Origin: Verrucomicrobiia bacterium
Lineage (GTDB): Bacteria > Verrucomicrobiota > Verrucomicrobiia > Limisphaerales > UBA11358
Length of the DNA: 64,000 nt
Assembly: GCA_049692125.1 (NCBI GenBank)
Contig: JBAVOO010000037.1
Location: forward strand, 34,299 to 98,298
Direction: 5' to 3'
The translations under genes were made by a program, and so were the position numbers. Of this stretch, positions 1 to 9,400 are shown piece by piece; the first letter of the stretch is position 1, and each line of letters opens with the position of its first letter. Under the pieces are notes generated by a model. It saw only the letters and a list, made by a program, of their open reading frames with translations. It ran no database searches and was not told the DNA's origin.

Positions 1-676
1 AACGCAGCCGTTCGCGCAACGCGTCGAGCCGGCTCGAAATTGCCGCGCCGTCCCGCTTTGCGGGATGCGCGGGCAATTGCCACACGAGCCGTCCGTCCTT
101 CTGGAACGTGAACGCGACTTCGGGATACGCCAGCGCGGCGAGCGTGAGGTAATGCTGGATATGCGCCGCCTCGGTTTCCTCCGTGCGCAAAAACTTCCGG
201 CGCGCGGGCAGATTGAAGAAAAGCTGCCGCACTTCAACATTCGTGCCGGGCGCGCTGCCGGCGGCTTTGACTTCGACAATTTTCCCGCCGTTAACGACAA
301 TTTGTGTGCCTTCGGGCGAACCGCCGTCGCGTTCGCGCGTGGTGAGCGCGAAGCGGCTGACGCTGGCGATGCTGGGCAGGGCCTCGCCGCGAAATCCCAT
401 CGTGGCAATCGCCGCCAGGTCCTCGGCTTTCTGAATTTTGCTCGTCGCGTGGCGTTCGAGACAGAGCAGCGCGTCGTCCCGGCTCATGCCGGTGCCGTCG
501 TCGGTCACCCGGATGAGGCTGCGTCCGCCGGCCTGAATTTCCAGGGTCACGCGCGCCGCCTGCGCGTCGAGCGCGTTTTCGATGAGTTCCTTCACGACAC
601 TCGCGGGACGCTCAATCACTTCGCCGGCGGCGATTTGATTGGCGACTTGCTCGGAAAGCAGGTGGATGCGATTCAT
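1..676 (-). CDS. mutL: DNA mismatch repair protein MutL, N-terminal part (gene continues past the left window edge)
   Basis: Missing from the ORF track because no stop lies in the window. Reverse-strand translation from ATG (676-674) reads MNRIHLLSEQVANQIAAGEVIERPASVVKELIENALDAQA..VTDDGTGMSRDD..ATMGFRGEALPSIASVS, the GHKL-ATPase N-terminus of MutL. The listed + ORF 65..736 is its antisense shadow. Confidence 0.9.
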   Translation of the reverse strand, partial: MNRIHLLSEQVANQIAAGEVIERPASVVKELIENALDAQAARVTLEIQAGGRSLIRVTDDGTGMSRDDALLCLERHATSKIQKAEDLAAIATMGFRGEALPSIASVSRFALTTRERDGGSPEGTQIVVNGGKIVEVKAAGSAPGTNVEVRQLFFNLPARRKFLRTEETEAAHIQHYLTLAALAYPEVAFTFQKDGRLVWQLPAHPAKRDGAAISSRLDALRERLR

Positions 677-686
677 CGAGGGGAAA

Positions 687-762
687 ACGTGTTGCGTGTT
701 GCGTGTTGCGTCAAGCAGGTTATGAGTCGCCGGTGAATTCTTGACGGACCACGCAACACGTC
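687..762. repeat. GTGTTGC-word hairpin element between the histidine-kinase stop and the mutL start
   Basis: acgtgttgcgtgttgcgtgttgcgt (three tandem gtgttgc words, 687-711) faces the inverted accacgcaacacgt (about 748-761). On the mRNA strand the stem is followed by GTTTTCCCC just before the mutL ATG. Confidence 0.7.
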
Positions 763-766
763 TTCA

Positions 767-1933
767 TTACGGCAGCGGCAGGGCAAACGCAAACACCGCG
801 CCCCGCCCCGGTTCATTGCGCGCCCAGATGCGGCCTTTGTGGTCTTCAATGATTTTTTTGCAAATGGAGAGGCCGAGGCCGGTGCCGTGGGCTTTGCCGA
901 ACGTGGCGAAGACTTCAAACAGCTTGCCAGCGATTTCAGGCGCGATGCCGGGGCCGGTGTCCTCGATTTCGGTGACGATTTCCTTTTCGTCGCAGTGAAA
1001 GCGCAGAAAAATTGTGCCGCCGTTGAGCATCATGTCGGTGGCGTTGTGGACGAGGTTGGAGAAGACGCGGCTGAGGCGGCGCGGATTGAACGGGATGAGG
1101 ATGGCGGGCGGTTCGTTTTGCATTTCGATGCGCGCATCCTTGAGTTCCGCTTCGGCGCGGAGGTCGGCGATTAAATCGAGAACAAATGTGCGGTAACTGG
1201 CGGGTTTGGTTTCCGCGTCCGCCGGTTTGCCTTCCGTGAAGATGAGAATGTCGCCGGCCATGTCGCTGATGCGTTCGACCTGCTTGCGGATGCGGGCCTG
1301 GGCCTGGGCGCGCGCTTCCGGGCGGACGTCGGGCCGGTCAAGCGTCCCGGCGGAGAGGCTGATGATGCTGAGCGGATTTTTCAGGTCGTGGACGATGGAG
1401 CGGGCGAAATTGCCGACCACGGCCAGGCGTTCGGCCTGGACGACTTCACGGAGGTAGAGATGGTCGAATTCGCGGAGGCGGTGGCTGATGTGTTGCAACA
1501 GGCCGAACGCCAGCGCGGGCGAGCGCTGGATGAACGAAAGCATTTCGCCGCGCGGAAGGAAATAAACGTCCGTGTCCTTGACCGCGGTGGCGGTGGCCGA
1601 GCGCGGGCGATGTTCGATCATGGCCATTTCGCCGAAAATTTCCCCGGGGCCAAGTTGGGAAAAGACACACCGGGCGCCGGCGCTGACGAGACAGGAAATT
1701 TCCACCAACCCATCTTTGACGAAATAGACGCCATTGCCGGGATCGTCTTCATGGAAAATTTCACAACCGGCGGCAAAATGCCGTTCCTGGGCGATAAAAC
1801 GCAACGCCTGCAGTTCGTCGCGGCCCAGATTGCGAAACAAAGCAATGGATTCAAGCGCGGCCATCAGCGCACTGTATACCAGTTTCGGCAGGTAATTGCA
1901 CATTTTTTTGCAGCGGCGCTCTGTGAGAGGCAC
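767..1933 (-). CDS. cyclic-nucleotide-binding domain sensor histidine kinase
   Basis: 388-aa ORF. The N-terminal cNMP-binding pattern is FRNLGRDELQALRFIAQERHFAAGCEIFHEDDPGNGVYFVKDGLVEI..GPGEIFGEMAMI..RSATA. It is followed by a HisKA H-box (FARSIVHDLKNPLS) and an HATPase_c G-box (DTGPGI..FATFGKAHGTGLGLSICK). The true start is possibly the internal ATG at 1864 (MAALESIALF). Confidence 0.85.
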   Translation of the reverse strand: MPLTERRCKKMCNYLPKLVYSALMAALESIALFRNLGRDELQALRFIAQERHFAAGCEIFHEDDPGNGVYFVKDGLVEISCLVSAGARCVFSQLGPGEIFGEMAMIEHRPRSATATAVKDTDVYFLPRGEMLSFIQRSPALAFGLLQHISHRLREFDHLYLREVVQAERLAVVGNFARSIVHDLKNPLSIISLSAGTLDRPDVRPEARAQAQARIRKQVERISDMAGDILIFTEGKPADAETKPASYRTFVLDLIADLRAEAELKDARIEMQNEPPAILIPFNPRRLSRVFSNLVHNATDMMLNGGTIFLRFHCDEKEIVTEIEDTGPGIAPEIAGKLFEVFATFGKAHGTGLGLSICKKIIEDHKGRIWARNEPGRGAVFAFALPLP

Positions 1934-2322
1934 ATTCGCGAACTGCCCCCGGAACGCCGGCCTCCGGCCCGGCGGATGTTGAAATTCCAGCAGAAACGCG
2001 CCAGATCGGAGATCGGCGCTCCCCTGTGAGCGCTGGTGGAATCAATGGCGACGGTCGCAGACCGCCGCTACAGTGCAAAAGCAAACGGTAAATGGTAAAA
2101 ATTTGGCGTCGTAAAGCCAAGAAATGCTAAGAATGACAGCTTGGATGTGAATGATAACTTATTGACAAAAAGTTACAAAAACGTCACACTGAAACATTCG
2201 GGTAGCAGTACGTTTCTTCAGCGGGGTTCCCCACCCCCACCTCCTTGGCGTCTGCTGCCCGGATTTTTTTAAAGCCGCTTGACGCTTCCCGAAGCTTCTT
2301 TTAACCTTACAGGCTCCATTGC

Positions 2323-2399
2323 GGGGGCGTAGCTCAATTGGTTAGAGCGCTGCCCTGTCACGGCAGAGGTTACGGGTTCGAGCCCCGCCGCTCCCGCCA
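2323..2399 (+). tRNA. tRNA-Asp (anticodon GTC)
   Basis: Hand-folded cloverleaf: acceptor GGGGGCG/CGCTCCC, D-arm GCTC-AATTGGTTA-GAGC, anticodon arm CTGCC-CTGTCAC-GGCAG (anticodon GTC), T-arm with TTCGAGC loop, discriminator G and encoded CCA. Ends are good to about 2 nt. Confidence 0.9.
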
Positions 2400-2676
2400 G
2401 CCCCGAAGGCATTCGGGGCTGCCGCGCCGGAGCTGAAAGCGAAGGCGGGCTTCGTACGCCAGGGATCAGCGCTGCGAACTACGACTCGGCAAGCCACTAC
2501 GGAGTTTTCTTACGTCTATAACTGCCAGCAACAATCCAACGGGGCATTACCTTGGAAAGGCTCATTTTCCAGTCGGAAAAGATCGTCGTGCAAGTCCGCT
2601 TCTGTCAGCGATCCGACCTATTTGCAATTGAAATTTGAGCCGGGATCGGCAATTTCATGTGAGAAATCGCAGCCGA

Positions 2677-3021
2677 ATGAAAATACCCAACGCGCAATCA
2701 GCAACCGTGCCGGAACGGAAGGTCACGCATTATCTGCTCAATCCGGCACATCCCGCCGGCGGCAGCAAGGCGACATTTTTCCTGCGTTCTGGTTTTACAG
2801 TAGCCGAATGGCAGCGGCTGGCCGAGGCATTGCTCCGTCATGCCCGCGAAAATGAGGTGGCAGCAATGGAACAAACCGCTCATGGCTACCGTTACGTCGT
2901 GGACGGGCCGTTGACCGCACCCGACGGTTCGCGCTTGAATGTTCGCAGCGCATGGTATATTAATCTTGGTGGTGGTGGTATAGCACGTTTTGTAACCGCA
3001 CACCCGTTGCCAAAACTATGA
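2677..3021 (+). CDS. DUF6883-like protein (first gene of a two-gene module)
   Basis: From the internal ATG at 2677: MKIPNAQSATVPERKVTHYLLNPAHPAGGSKATFFLRSGFTVAEWQRLAEALLRHA..YRYVVDGPLTAPDGSRLNVRSAWYI. This matches my memory of the DUF6883 consensus (KLPNA...V...K...YLL...HP.G..KA.FF...GF....W..L...L). Its stop overlaps the next start (ATGA at 3018-3021). Confidence 0.75.
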   Translation: MKIPNAQSATVPERKVTHYLLNPAHPAGGSKATFFLRSGFTVAEWQRLAEALLRHARENEVAAMEQTAHGYRYVVDGPLTAPDGSRLNVRSAWYINLGGGGIARFVTAHPLPKL

Positions 3022-3254
3022 GCACAATCAAAGAACTGGATGCCGTAGCTCTGACGTGTGACCTGCCTGAACACAGGCTGGCGCGGGGCGACGTAGGCAC
3101 CGCCGTGCTGGTGCATGGCAACGGGGCAGCCTTTGAGGTGGAATTTGTCGGCTACGACGGCCATACCGTTGCCTTACTGACGTTGGAACGCAACCAAGTG
3201 CGTCCGCTTCAAACGAACGACATTCCCCATGCCCGTGAACTGGTTGCGGTGTGA
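3018..3254 (+). CDS. DUF4926-like protein (second gene of the module)
   Basis: 78 aa: MSTIKELDAVALTCDLPEHRLARGDVGTAVLVHGNGAAFEVEFVGYDGHTVALLTLERNQVRPL. This matches the remembered DUF4926 pattern (I.ELD.V.L..D....GL..GD.G.VV.....GAAFEVEF....G.T.A..TL). It is translationally coupled to the upstream ORF. Confidence 0.75.
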   Translation: MSTIKELDAVALTCDLPEHRLARGDVGTAVLVHGNGAAFEVEFVGYDGHTVALLTLERNQVRPLQTNDIPHARELVAV

Positions 3255-3324
3255 TTTATTGGTCAAGATTTAACGGCTCGCTCATAAACGGCAGCCCCAT
3301 CGCGTAAAGTCTCATTTCAGCGCC

Positions 3325-4911
3325 TCAAGGCACTTCCACCACCCTGACGGGCGCGTGCTTGATTCGTTTGAACAGGAAAATCAGCGGCACGCAGCCGAGC
3401 GCGAGCAGGCCGAACAGCCGGAAATTGTCCACGAACGCCCACAGGTGCGCCTGATGGTCGAGCGTGTTGTAAACCAGGCTGTAGGCCCGGCTCGTGGCGC
3501 GCACGGGATCGCCGTGCCGCACGAGCAGGGCATGCGCGGCGGCGAGCCGTTGCCTGAACACCGGGTCGGTCGGCGTCAGATGCCCGACCATCAGCGCCTG
3601 ATGCGCCTGTGCGCCGCGCGCCAGCATGGTGGTGACAAACGCGATGCCGATGCTGCCGCCGAGGTTGCGCATGAGATTGTAAAGGCCGGTCGCGTTGCCC
3701 ATTTGCGACTGGCGCAATTGACCCATCGTCGTCGTCGTCAACGGCACAAAAATAAAACTGATGGCCACGCCGTTGAGGATGCTTGGCAGGATGACGCGCG
3801 CCTGGCTCACCTGCAAAGTGATGTCGCTCAACACATAGGACGACACGGCCAGCATCGTGAATCCAAAACACAACAGCCAGCGGCTCCGGATGCGCCCCAC
3901 CAGCCGCCCGACGATGAACGTGGTGACGAACGCGCCGATGCCGCGCGGACTCATCGCGTAACCGCTTTGCAACGCCGGATAACCCATCAGCGTTTGCAAA
4001 AACAACGGCAATTCCGCCGTCGTGCCGTAAAGAATCACGCCGACGACCGTCATCAACATCACGCCGACAGCGAAATTGCGGTTGCGAAAAACCCGCAAAT
4101 CCACCAGCGGATGGTCGGCCGTGAATTCCCTCACCACGAACCCGGCCAGGGAGACGGCCGAAATTGCCACCAGCCACCGGATCCAGTTTGACCCGAACCA
4201 GTCCTCTTCCTGTCCCTTGTCGAGCGAGATTTGCAGTGTCGCCAGCCAGACGGCCAGCAGCGCGAACCCGATGAAATCAATCGTCGCCGCCTTGTTTCGT
4301 TTGATGTAGGGCGGATCTTCAACGAGCCATTCCTGCATCAACACGGCCATGATGCCGACCGGCAGGTTGATGTAAAAAATCCAGCGCCACGAGTAATTGT
4401 CCGTGATCCAGCCGCCGAGCGTCGGCCCCAGAATCGGTGCCACGATCACGCCCATGCCAAACATTGCCATGGCCGCGCCGCGTTTGGCCGGCGGGAAACT
4501 TTCCAGCAGAATCGCCTGGGCAATCGGCACCATCGCGCCGCCGCCCGCGCCCTGCAAAATGCGCGCCAGAATCAGCGTCTGCAAATTCCACGCCAGCCCG
4601 CACAACGCCGAGGCGAACGTGAACATCATCACGCACGAGAGCAGCACGCGCTTCCGGCCAAAATAATTTCCCAGCCAGCCGGTCATCGGCAAAATGATCG
4701 CGTTGGAAACGAGATAGCTCGTCAGCACCCAGGTCGCCTCGTCGGTGGTCGCCGAAAGGCTGCCGGCGATGTGCGGCAGCGCGATGTTGGCGATGGACGT
4801 GTCGAGCACCTCCATGAATACCGCCATCATCACGGCGAACGCGATGAGCCAGGGATTATGGCGCGGATGCCAGTCCTCGTGATGTGCGCCGTCGGGCATG
4901 GGAAAAATCAA
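3325..4911 (-). CDS. DHA2-family (EmrB/QacA-type, 14-TMS) MFS multidrug efflux permease
   Basis: 528 aa and very hydrophobic. N-terminal LDTSIANIALPHIAGSLSAT..EATWVLTSYLVSNAIILPMTGWLGNYFGRKR is the DHA2 signature region. It is paired with an upstream HlyD/EmrA-type adaptor. Confidence 0.9.
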   Translation of the reverse strand: MIFPMPDGAHHEDWHPRHNPWLIAFAVMMAVFMEVLDTSIANIALPHIAGSLSATTDEATWVLTSYLVSNAIILPMTGWLGNYFGRKRVLLSCVMMFTFASALCGLAWNLQTLILARILQGAGGGAMVPIAQAILLESFPPAKRGAAMAMFGMGVIVAPILGPTLGGWITDNYSWRWIFYINLPVGIMAVLMQEWLVEDPPYIKRNKAATIDFIGFALLAVWLATLQISLDKGQEEDWFGSNWIRWLVAISAVSLAGFVVREFTADHPLVDLRVFRNRNFAVGVMLMTVVGVILYGTTAELPLFLQTLMGYPALQSGYAMSPRGIGAFVTTFIVGRLVGRIRSRWLLCFGFTMLAVSSYVLSDITLQVSQARVILPSILNGVAISFIFVPLTTTTMGQLRQSQMGNATGLYNLMRNLGGSIGIAFVTTMLARGAQAHQALMVGHLTPTDPVFRQRLAAAHALLVRHGDPVRATSRAYSLVYNTLDHQAHLWAFVDNFRLFGLLALGCVPLIFLFKRIKHAPVRVVEVP

Positions 4912-5049
4912 TGACTAATGACAAAGCACGAATGACGAAAGAATTCCCAATGTCTCAATTCCGAATCCAATCGCTGAGCCTTCGTCTTCATGGGGCATTT
5001 GCGCTTCGTCATTCTTTAGTCATTATGGTTTAGTTATTTGTCATTCTTT
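4910..5049. repeat. AATGAC-word palindromic element, copy 1 (about 130 bp)
   Basis: aatgactaatgac..cgaatgacgaaagaat....gcttcgtcattctttagtcattatggtttagttatttgtcatt. The left-arm words (aatgacgaa, aatgactaa) are mirrored by the right-arm words (ttcgtcatt, ttagtcatt). It fills the spacer between the adaptor stop and the MFS start. Sibling copies lie at 6316-6441 and 31632-31759. Confidence 0.85.
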
Positions 5050-5077
5050 CCGTCCCCACGACGGTCATAGACCGCTG

Positions 5078-6307
5078 CTACATGTTCATTTTCCGTCGCA
5101 AAACGGACTGAAATCCCATCGCCGACGCGCCCGCCAGAATAATTGCGGCCAGCGCCATCGCCCAATCCGGCAGGCTGAACGAACTCACCTGAACGTCCGG
5201 GCTTACGGAAAGTCCCGGACCGATGGTGCGGCCAACGGGCAACGGCTCGTCGAAAACGATTTTCACCGGCACGCGCTGGACGACCTTTACGTAATTGCCC
5301 GTCGCGTTTTCCGGCGGCAGCAGGCTGAACCGCGCACCACTGCCAGCCTGAATGCTGTCCACGTGTGCGCGCAGCGTTTTGCCGAGCGCGTCAATCTCAA
5401 CGAGCGTCGGTTGCCCGGGTTTCATGTGCTTCAACTGCGTCTCCTTGAAATTGGCAACGACCCAGACCTCCGGAGGCACGATGGACATCAGCACCTGGCC
5501 AGTTTGCACATAATCACCCGGCTCGACCGCCTTGCGCGTCACACGCCCGTCGCTGGGCGCGAAAATTTTCGTGTAGGAAAGATCCAGTTGCGCCGATTGC
5601 ACGCTTGTTTGCGCCTGCCGGAATAGCGCGAGCGCCATGCTGACGCCGGCTTCCGTCGCGTTCAACTGCGCCCCGGCCTCGTTGATTTTCGATTCGTCCG
5701 CCGCGGCATTTTGCTGGGCGGCATTCAGGTTCGCTTCCGCTTGTTGAGCCGCAGCCTGCGCGCTGTCAAATTCCTGTTGCGAAATCGTGTTTTCCTTCCG
5801 CAATTCCTGGCTGCGCTCAAAATCCGATTTCGCTCGCGCAGCGGTGGCGGCCGCCGCGGCGGTGTCGGCCTTTGATGCTTGAGCGACGGCCCCGGCGGTC
5901 GTCACTTTTGCGCGCATCAACTCGAACCCGGCGAGCGCGAGTTTGTAGCTCGATTCCTGCGCGTCCGCCGCGGATTGCTTCTGTGCGGCGGTCATCGCGT
6001 AATCCGCCGGGTCAATTTCCACGAGCAGGTCGTTCGAGCGGACGAGTTGGTTGTCCAAAACGTGGACCGCCAGCACCTGGCCGGAAATCCTTGGCGCGAT
6101 GGAAACGACGTGACCTTCAACAAACGCGTCGTCCGTGGATTCGTGCGTCAAAAAGCCGTTGAGATAAGACAGCGCAAAACACACCAGCACGGCAAGCACA
6201 GCCGTCGCCGGCCACACCAACCAAGGTGAATTCAGTCTGGCCAATTTTGCGCCATTGCCCTTGGGCGCGGCGGACGGCGGACTGGCGGTGGATGGATTTT
6301 CGTTCAT
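5078..6307 (-). CDS. HlyD-family (EmrA-type) membrane-fusion protein
   Basis: 409 aa with one N-terminal TM. It has ESTDDAFVEGHVVSIAPRISGQVLAVHVLDNQLVRSNDLLVEIDPADY (biotinyl-lipoyl-like hairpin), a long Ala/Gln coiled coil, and a C-terminal beta-barrel region (YTKIFAPSDGRVTRK..PGDYVQTGQ). Confidence 0.9.
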   Translation of the reverse strand: MNENPSTASPPSAAPKGNGAKLARLNSPWLVWPATAVLAVLVCFALSYLNGFLTHESTDDAFVEGHVVSIAPRISGQVLAVHVLDNQLVRSNDLLVEIDPADYAMTAAQKQSAADAQESSYKLALAGFELMRAKVTTAGAVAQASKADTAAAAATAARAKSDFERSQELRKENTISQQEFDSAQAAAQQAEANLNAAQQNAAADESKINEAGAQLNATEAGVSMALALFRQAQTSVQSAQLDLSYTKIFAPSDGRVTRKAVEPGDYVQTGQVLMSIVPPEVWVVANFKETQLKHMKPGQPTLVEIDALGKTLRAHVDSIQAGSGARFSLLPPENATGNYVKVVQRVPVKIVFDEPLPVGRTIGPGLSVSPDVQVSSFSLPDWAMALAAIILAGASAMGFQSVLRRKMNM

Positions 6308-6315
6308 AACATTTG

Positions 6316-6441
6316 AAATGACTAATTCCTAAATCCTAATGACGAAAGAATGACGAAGCTCGAATGACAAATTACCAAAGCCGTTCGTCATTTGGAAATT
6401 TTGGAATTCTTTAGTCATTCGTCATTATGGTTTAGTCATTC
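6316..6441. repeat. AATGAC-word palindromic element, copy 2
   Basis: aaatgactaattcctaaatcctaatgacgaaagaatgacgaagc...gttcgtcatttgg...attctttagtcattcgtcattatggtttagtcatt. The 3' 35 nt are identical to copy 3. The element contains the stop codon of the RND gene (..N D stop = aatgactaa). Confidence 0.85.
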
Positions 6442-9400
6442 GGTGTTCGGATGTTTCGGTTTTCCCCCGCGTGCTGCTTGGCGATCAAAATATAAATCGA
6501 GGGAATCACCAGCAGCGTGAACAGCGTGCCGATGCTCATGCCGGCCACGAGGATGATGCCGATGGAGTTGCGCGCCGCCGCGCCGGCGCCGCTGACGAGC
6601 GTGAGCGGGAAGTTGCCGGCCACGGTGGCTACGCTGGTCATCAGCACGGGTCGCAGCCGCAACATGGCGGCCTCGCGCACCGCCTGGATTTTGGTCCGGC
6701 CTTGGCGCTGGAGTTCGTTGGCGAACTGCACGATCAGGATGCCATTTTTGGAAATCAATCCGACCAGCGTGATCAGTCCCACCTCGGAATAGATGTTCAT
6801 GGATGTGGTCCATCCGTTCGTCCAGAAGGGGATGTTCGGGCTGGGCATCTTCCAGAAGCAGAAAATGAGCGCGCCGAAAATCGCCAGCGGCACCGAACCG
6901 AAGATGATGATAAACGGATCGCGGAAGCTGTTGAACTGCGCGGCCAGCACCAGGATGATCAGGACGACCGCGAGCAGGAAAGCGGGAAGAAACTTGTCGC
7001 CTTCCACCCGCAGAAACCGCGAGTCGCCGGTGTAATCCAGCTTGTAGCCGCTCGGCAACATCCGCGTACACTCGGTTTCCATGAATTTCAGCGCGGTGTC
7101 CAGCGGCACAATGGCGACGCCGCTGATTTTGACGGAATTCAACTGCTGGAACCGGTTCAACGCGCGCGGCGTGGTGTGTTTTACCAGGTGCGCGAAGGTG
7201 CTGACGGGAATCAACTGGTTGCCCGGCCCTTTGACGTAGGTGTTTTGCAGTTGCTCCGCGTTCAAGCGCGCGCCGCGCTCGAGTTGCGGAATGACCTTGT
7301 AACTGCGGCCCGCCAGATCAAAACGGTTCACGTAATTGCCGCCGACCAAAGCGCCCAGGTCCGAGCCGATCGTCTGCATGTCGAGACCGAGCGTGGCGAC
7401 CTTGTCGCGGTCAATGACCAGTTCGATTTCCGGCTGGTCCACCTTCGTGTCAATCAGCGGCGGAAAGGCGAACATGCCGTTGGTGGCGCACTGCTGCTGC
7501 AACTGCTGGGCGAATTTCAAAATCTGCTCCGGGTCGGCGGTGGCCGAGACCACGAGGTTCAGCGGAAAATTTTCGCCGCCGCCGGGCAACGGCGACGGCG
7601 TTACCATGGACATGCGGATGCCGGGCAGCCGGCTCACCATCGCCTGCACTTCCGGCACGATCTGGAAGGCGGTGCGCTTCCGCTCGCCCCACGGCTTCAA
7701 CACCAGACCGCCAAATCCGCCGTCCGGCTGGGTGAGCTGGAAGACCTGCTCTCTTTCCGGCACTTTTTCAAATGAGTGTCCGGCCAAATCCGCGTAAAAC
7801 GAGGTTTGTTCGATGGTTGAGTCCGGCGGCGTTTCCACGACTCCGAAGATGACTCCCTGATCTTCCGCCGGCGCGGGTTCCTTTGCCTGCCAGGCCATTT
7901 TGAACATCGGAATGGTCAGCAAAGACAGCCCGATCCAGATCGTATAAACCATCGGTCGCCGCGCCAGCGTCCAGTCCAGCACGCGCCCGTAGAAATTTTT
8001 CAGCCGGTCGAAATCGCGGTTGATGCGTCCGACCAGTCCGTGTTCCTCGCGGTCGTGGCTCAACAGTTGCGACGCCATCACCGGCGAAAGCGTCAGCGCC
8101 ACAATGCCGGAAATGAACACCGCGCCCGCCAGCGTCAACGCGAATTCACGGAACAGCGAGCCGGTCAGCCCGCCTTGAAACGCAATCGGCGCATAAACCG
8201 CCGCCAGGGTGATGGTCATGGCGATGACGGGGCCGATCAGTTCCCGGGCGCCCAGCAACGCGGCGTCCACCGGCGTTTTGCCTTCGCGGATGTGGCGTTC
8301 GATGTTCTCGACCACCACGATGGCGTCGTCCACGACCAGCCCGACGGCCAGCACTATCGCCAGCAGCGTGAGCAGGTTCAGGGTGAACCCGAAAACCTGC
8401 ATCAGGAAGACCGCGCCGATGAGCGAGAGTGGGATGGCGACCAGCGGAATCAGCACCGAACGGAACGAGCCAAGGAAGAGAAAAATCACCACCGACACGA
8501 TGACCAGCGTGATCATCAGAGTCTTCACCACTTCGCGCAACGCGTCGGAAATATACTTGGTCGCGTCATAGGCCACGTAGGCATTGAGACCGGTGGGCAG
8601 AACCTTTTGGATGGAAGCCATTTCTTTGCGCACCCGCTTCATGACGTCGAGCGAGTTGGCGTTGGGCAGGGCCCAGACGCCCATGAACACTGCGTGTTCG
8701 CCACTGAAGCGCACTTCGGAATTGTAATCCTCCGCGCCCAGGACCACGTCGGCCACGTCACTCAATCGCACCAGCCGGTCGCCGGCTCGGCGGACCACAA
8801 GGTTTTTGAATTCCGTTACGGAGCGCAAATCCGTGTTCGCCGTCAGGTTGACCTGGACGAGCGAGCCTTTCGTCTGGCCGACGGCGGAAAGGAAATTATT
8901 CGCGGTCAGCGCCGTGCGCACCTCGTTCGGGCTGATGTTGAAGGCCGCGAGCCGGTCGGGCTTCAGCCAGATGCGCATGGCAAACGTGCGGCCGCCCAGA
9001 ATGTCCGCCTTTTGCACACCCTCCACCGCGGTCAGTCGCGGTTGCACCACGCGCACGAGGTAGTCGGTGATCTGGTTCGCCTCTAGGACGTCCGACGAAA
9101 AACTCAGGTAGGCCGACGCAAATTGCGAATCGGCGGTGGCGATGGTGAGCGTGGGAATCTCCGCTTCGGGCGGCAGATCGTTGCGCACCTGGTCCACCTT
9201 GGAACTGATTTCGCCGAGCGCCTTTTTGGAATCGTAATTCAACCGCAGATGAACGGTGATGGTGGAAAGACCCAGTTTGCTGGCGGATTCCATGTAATCA
9301 ATCCCGTCCGCTGCGGCGATGGCGCGTTCCAGCGGCTGGGTGACGAAACCGCGCACCAGATTCGCGCTGGCGCCCACGTAAACCGTCGTCACCGTGACGG

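Noticed and set aside
65-736. 223-aa + strand ORF at the left edge
   Set aside because: It is the antisense shadow of mutL. The minus strand encodes an unmistakable MutL N-terminus, whereas the + product is Arg/Gly/Ala-rich with no motif.
2440-2630. Possible GIY-YIG nuclease remnant downstream of tRNA-Asp
   Set aside because: There is only a faint resemblance (ELRLGKP leader and F..S.TASNNPTG.YLG), with no intact ORF or catalytic residues. It is mentioned in a finding but not called as a feature.
6471-9086. Long + strand ORFs (434 aa, 348 aa and others) across the RND pump gene. There are similar cases at 3355..4191, 4231..4914, 36624..37508, 40840..41877, 56145..57005, 61222..62073 and 61259..61876.
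   Set aside because: These are typical high-GC antisense or off-frame open frames. Their products are dominated by R/G/A/H/D/Q with no domain signatures, and the opposite or alternative frame encodes well-recognised proteins.
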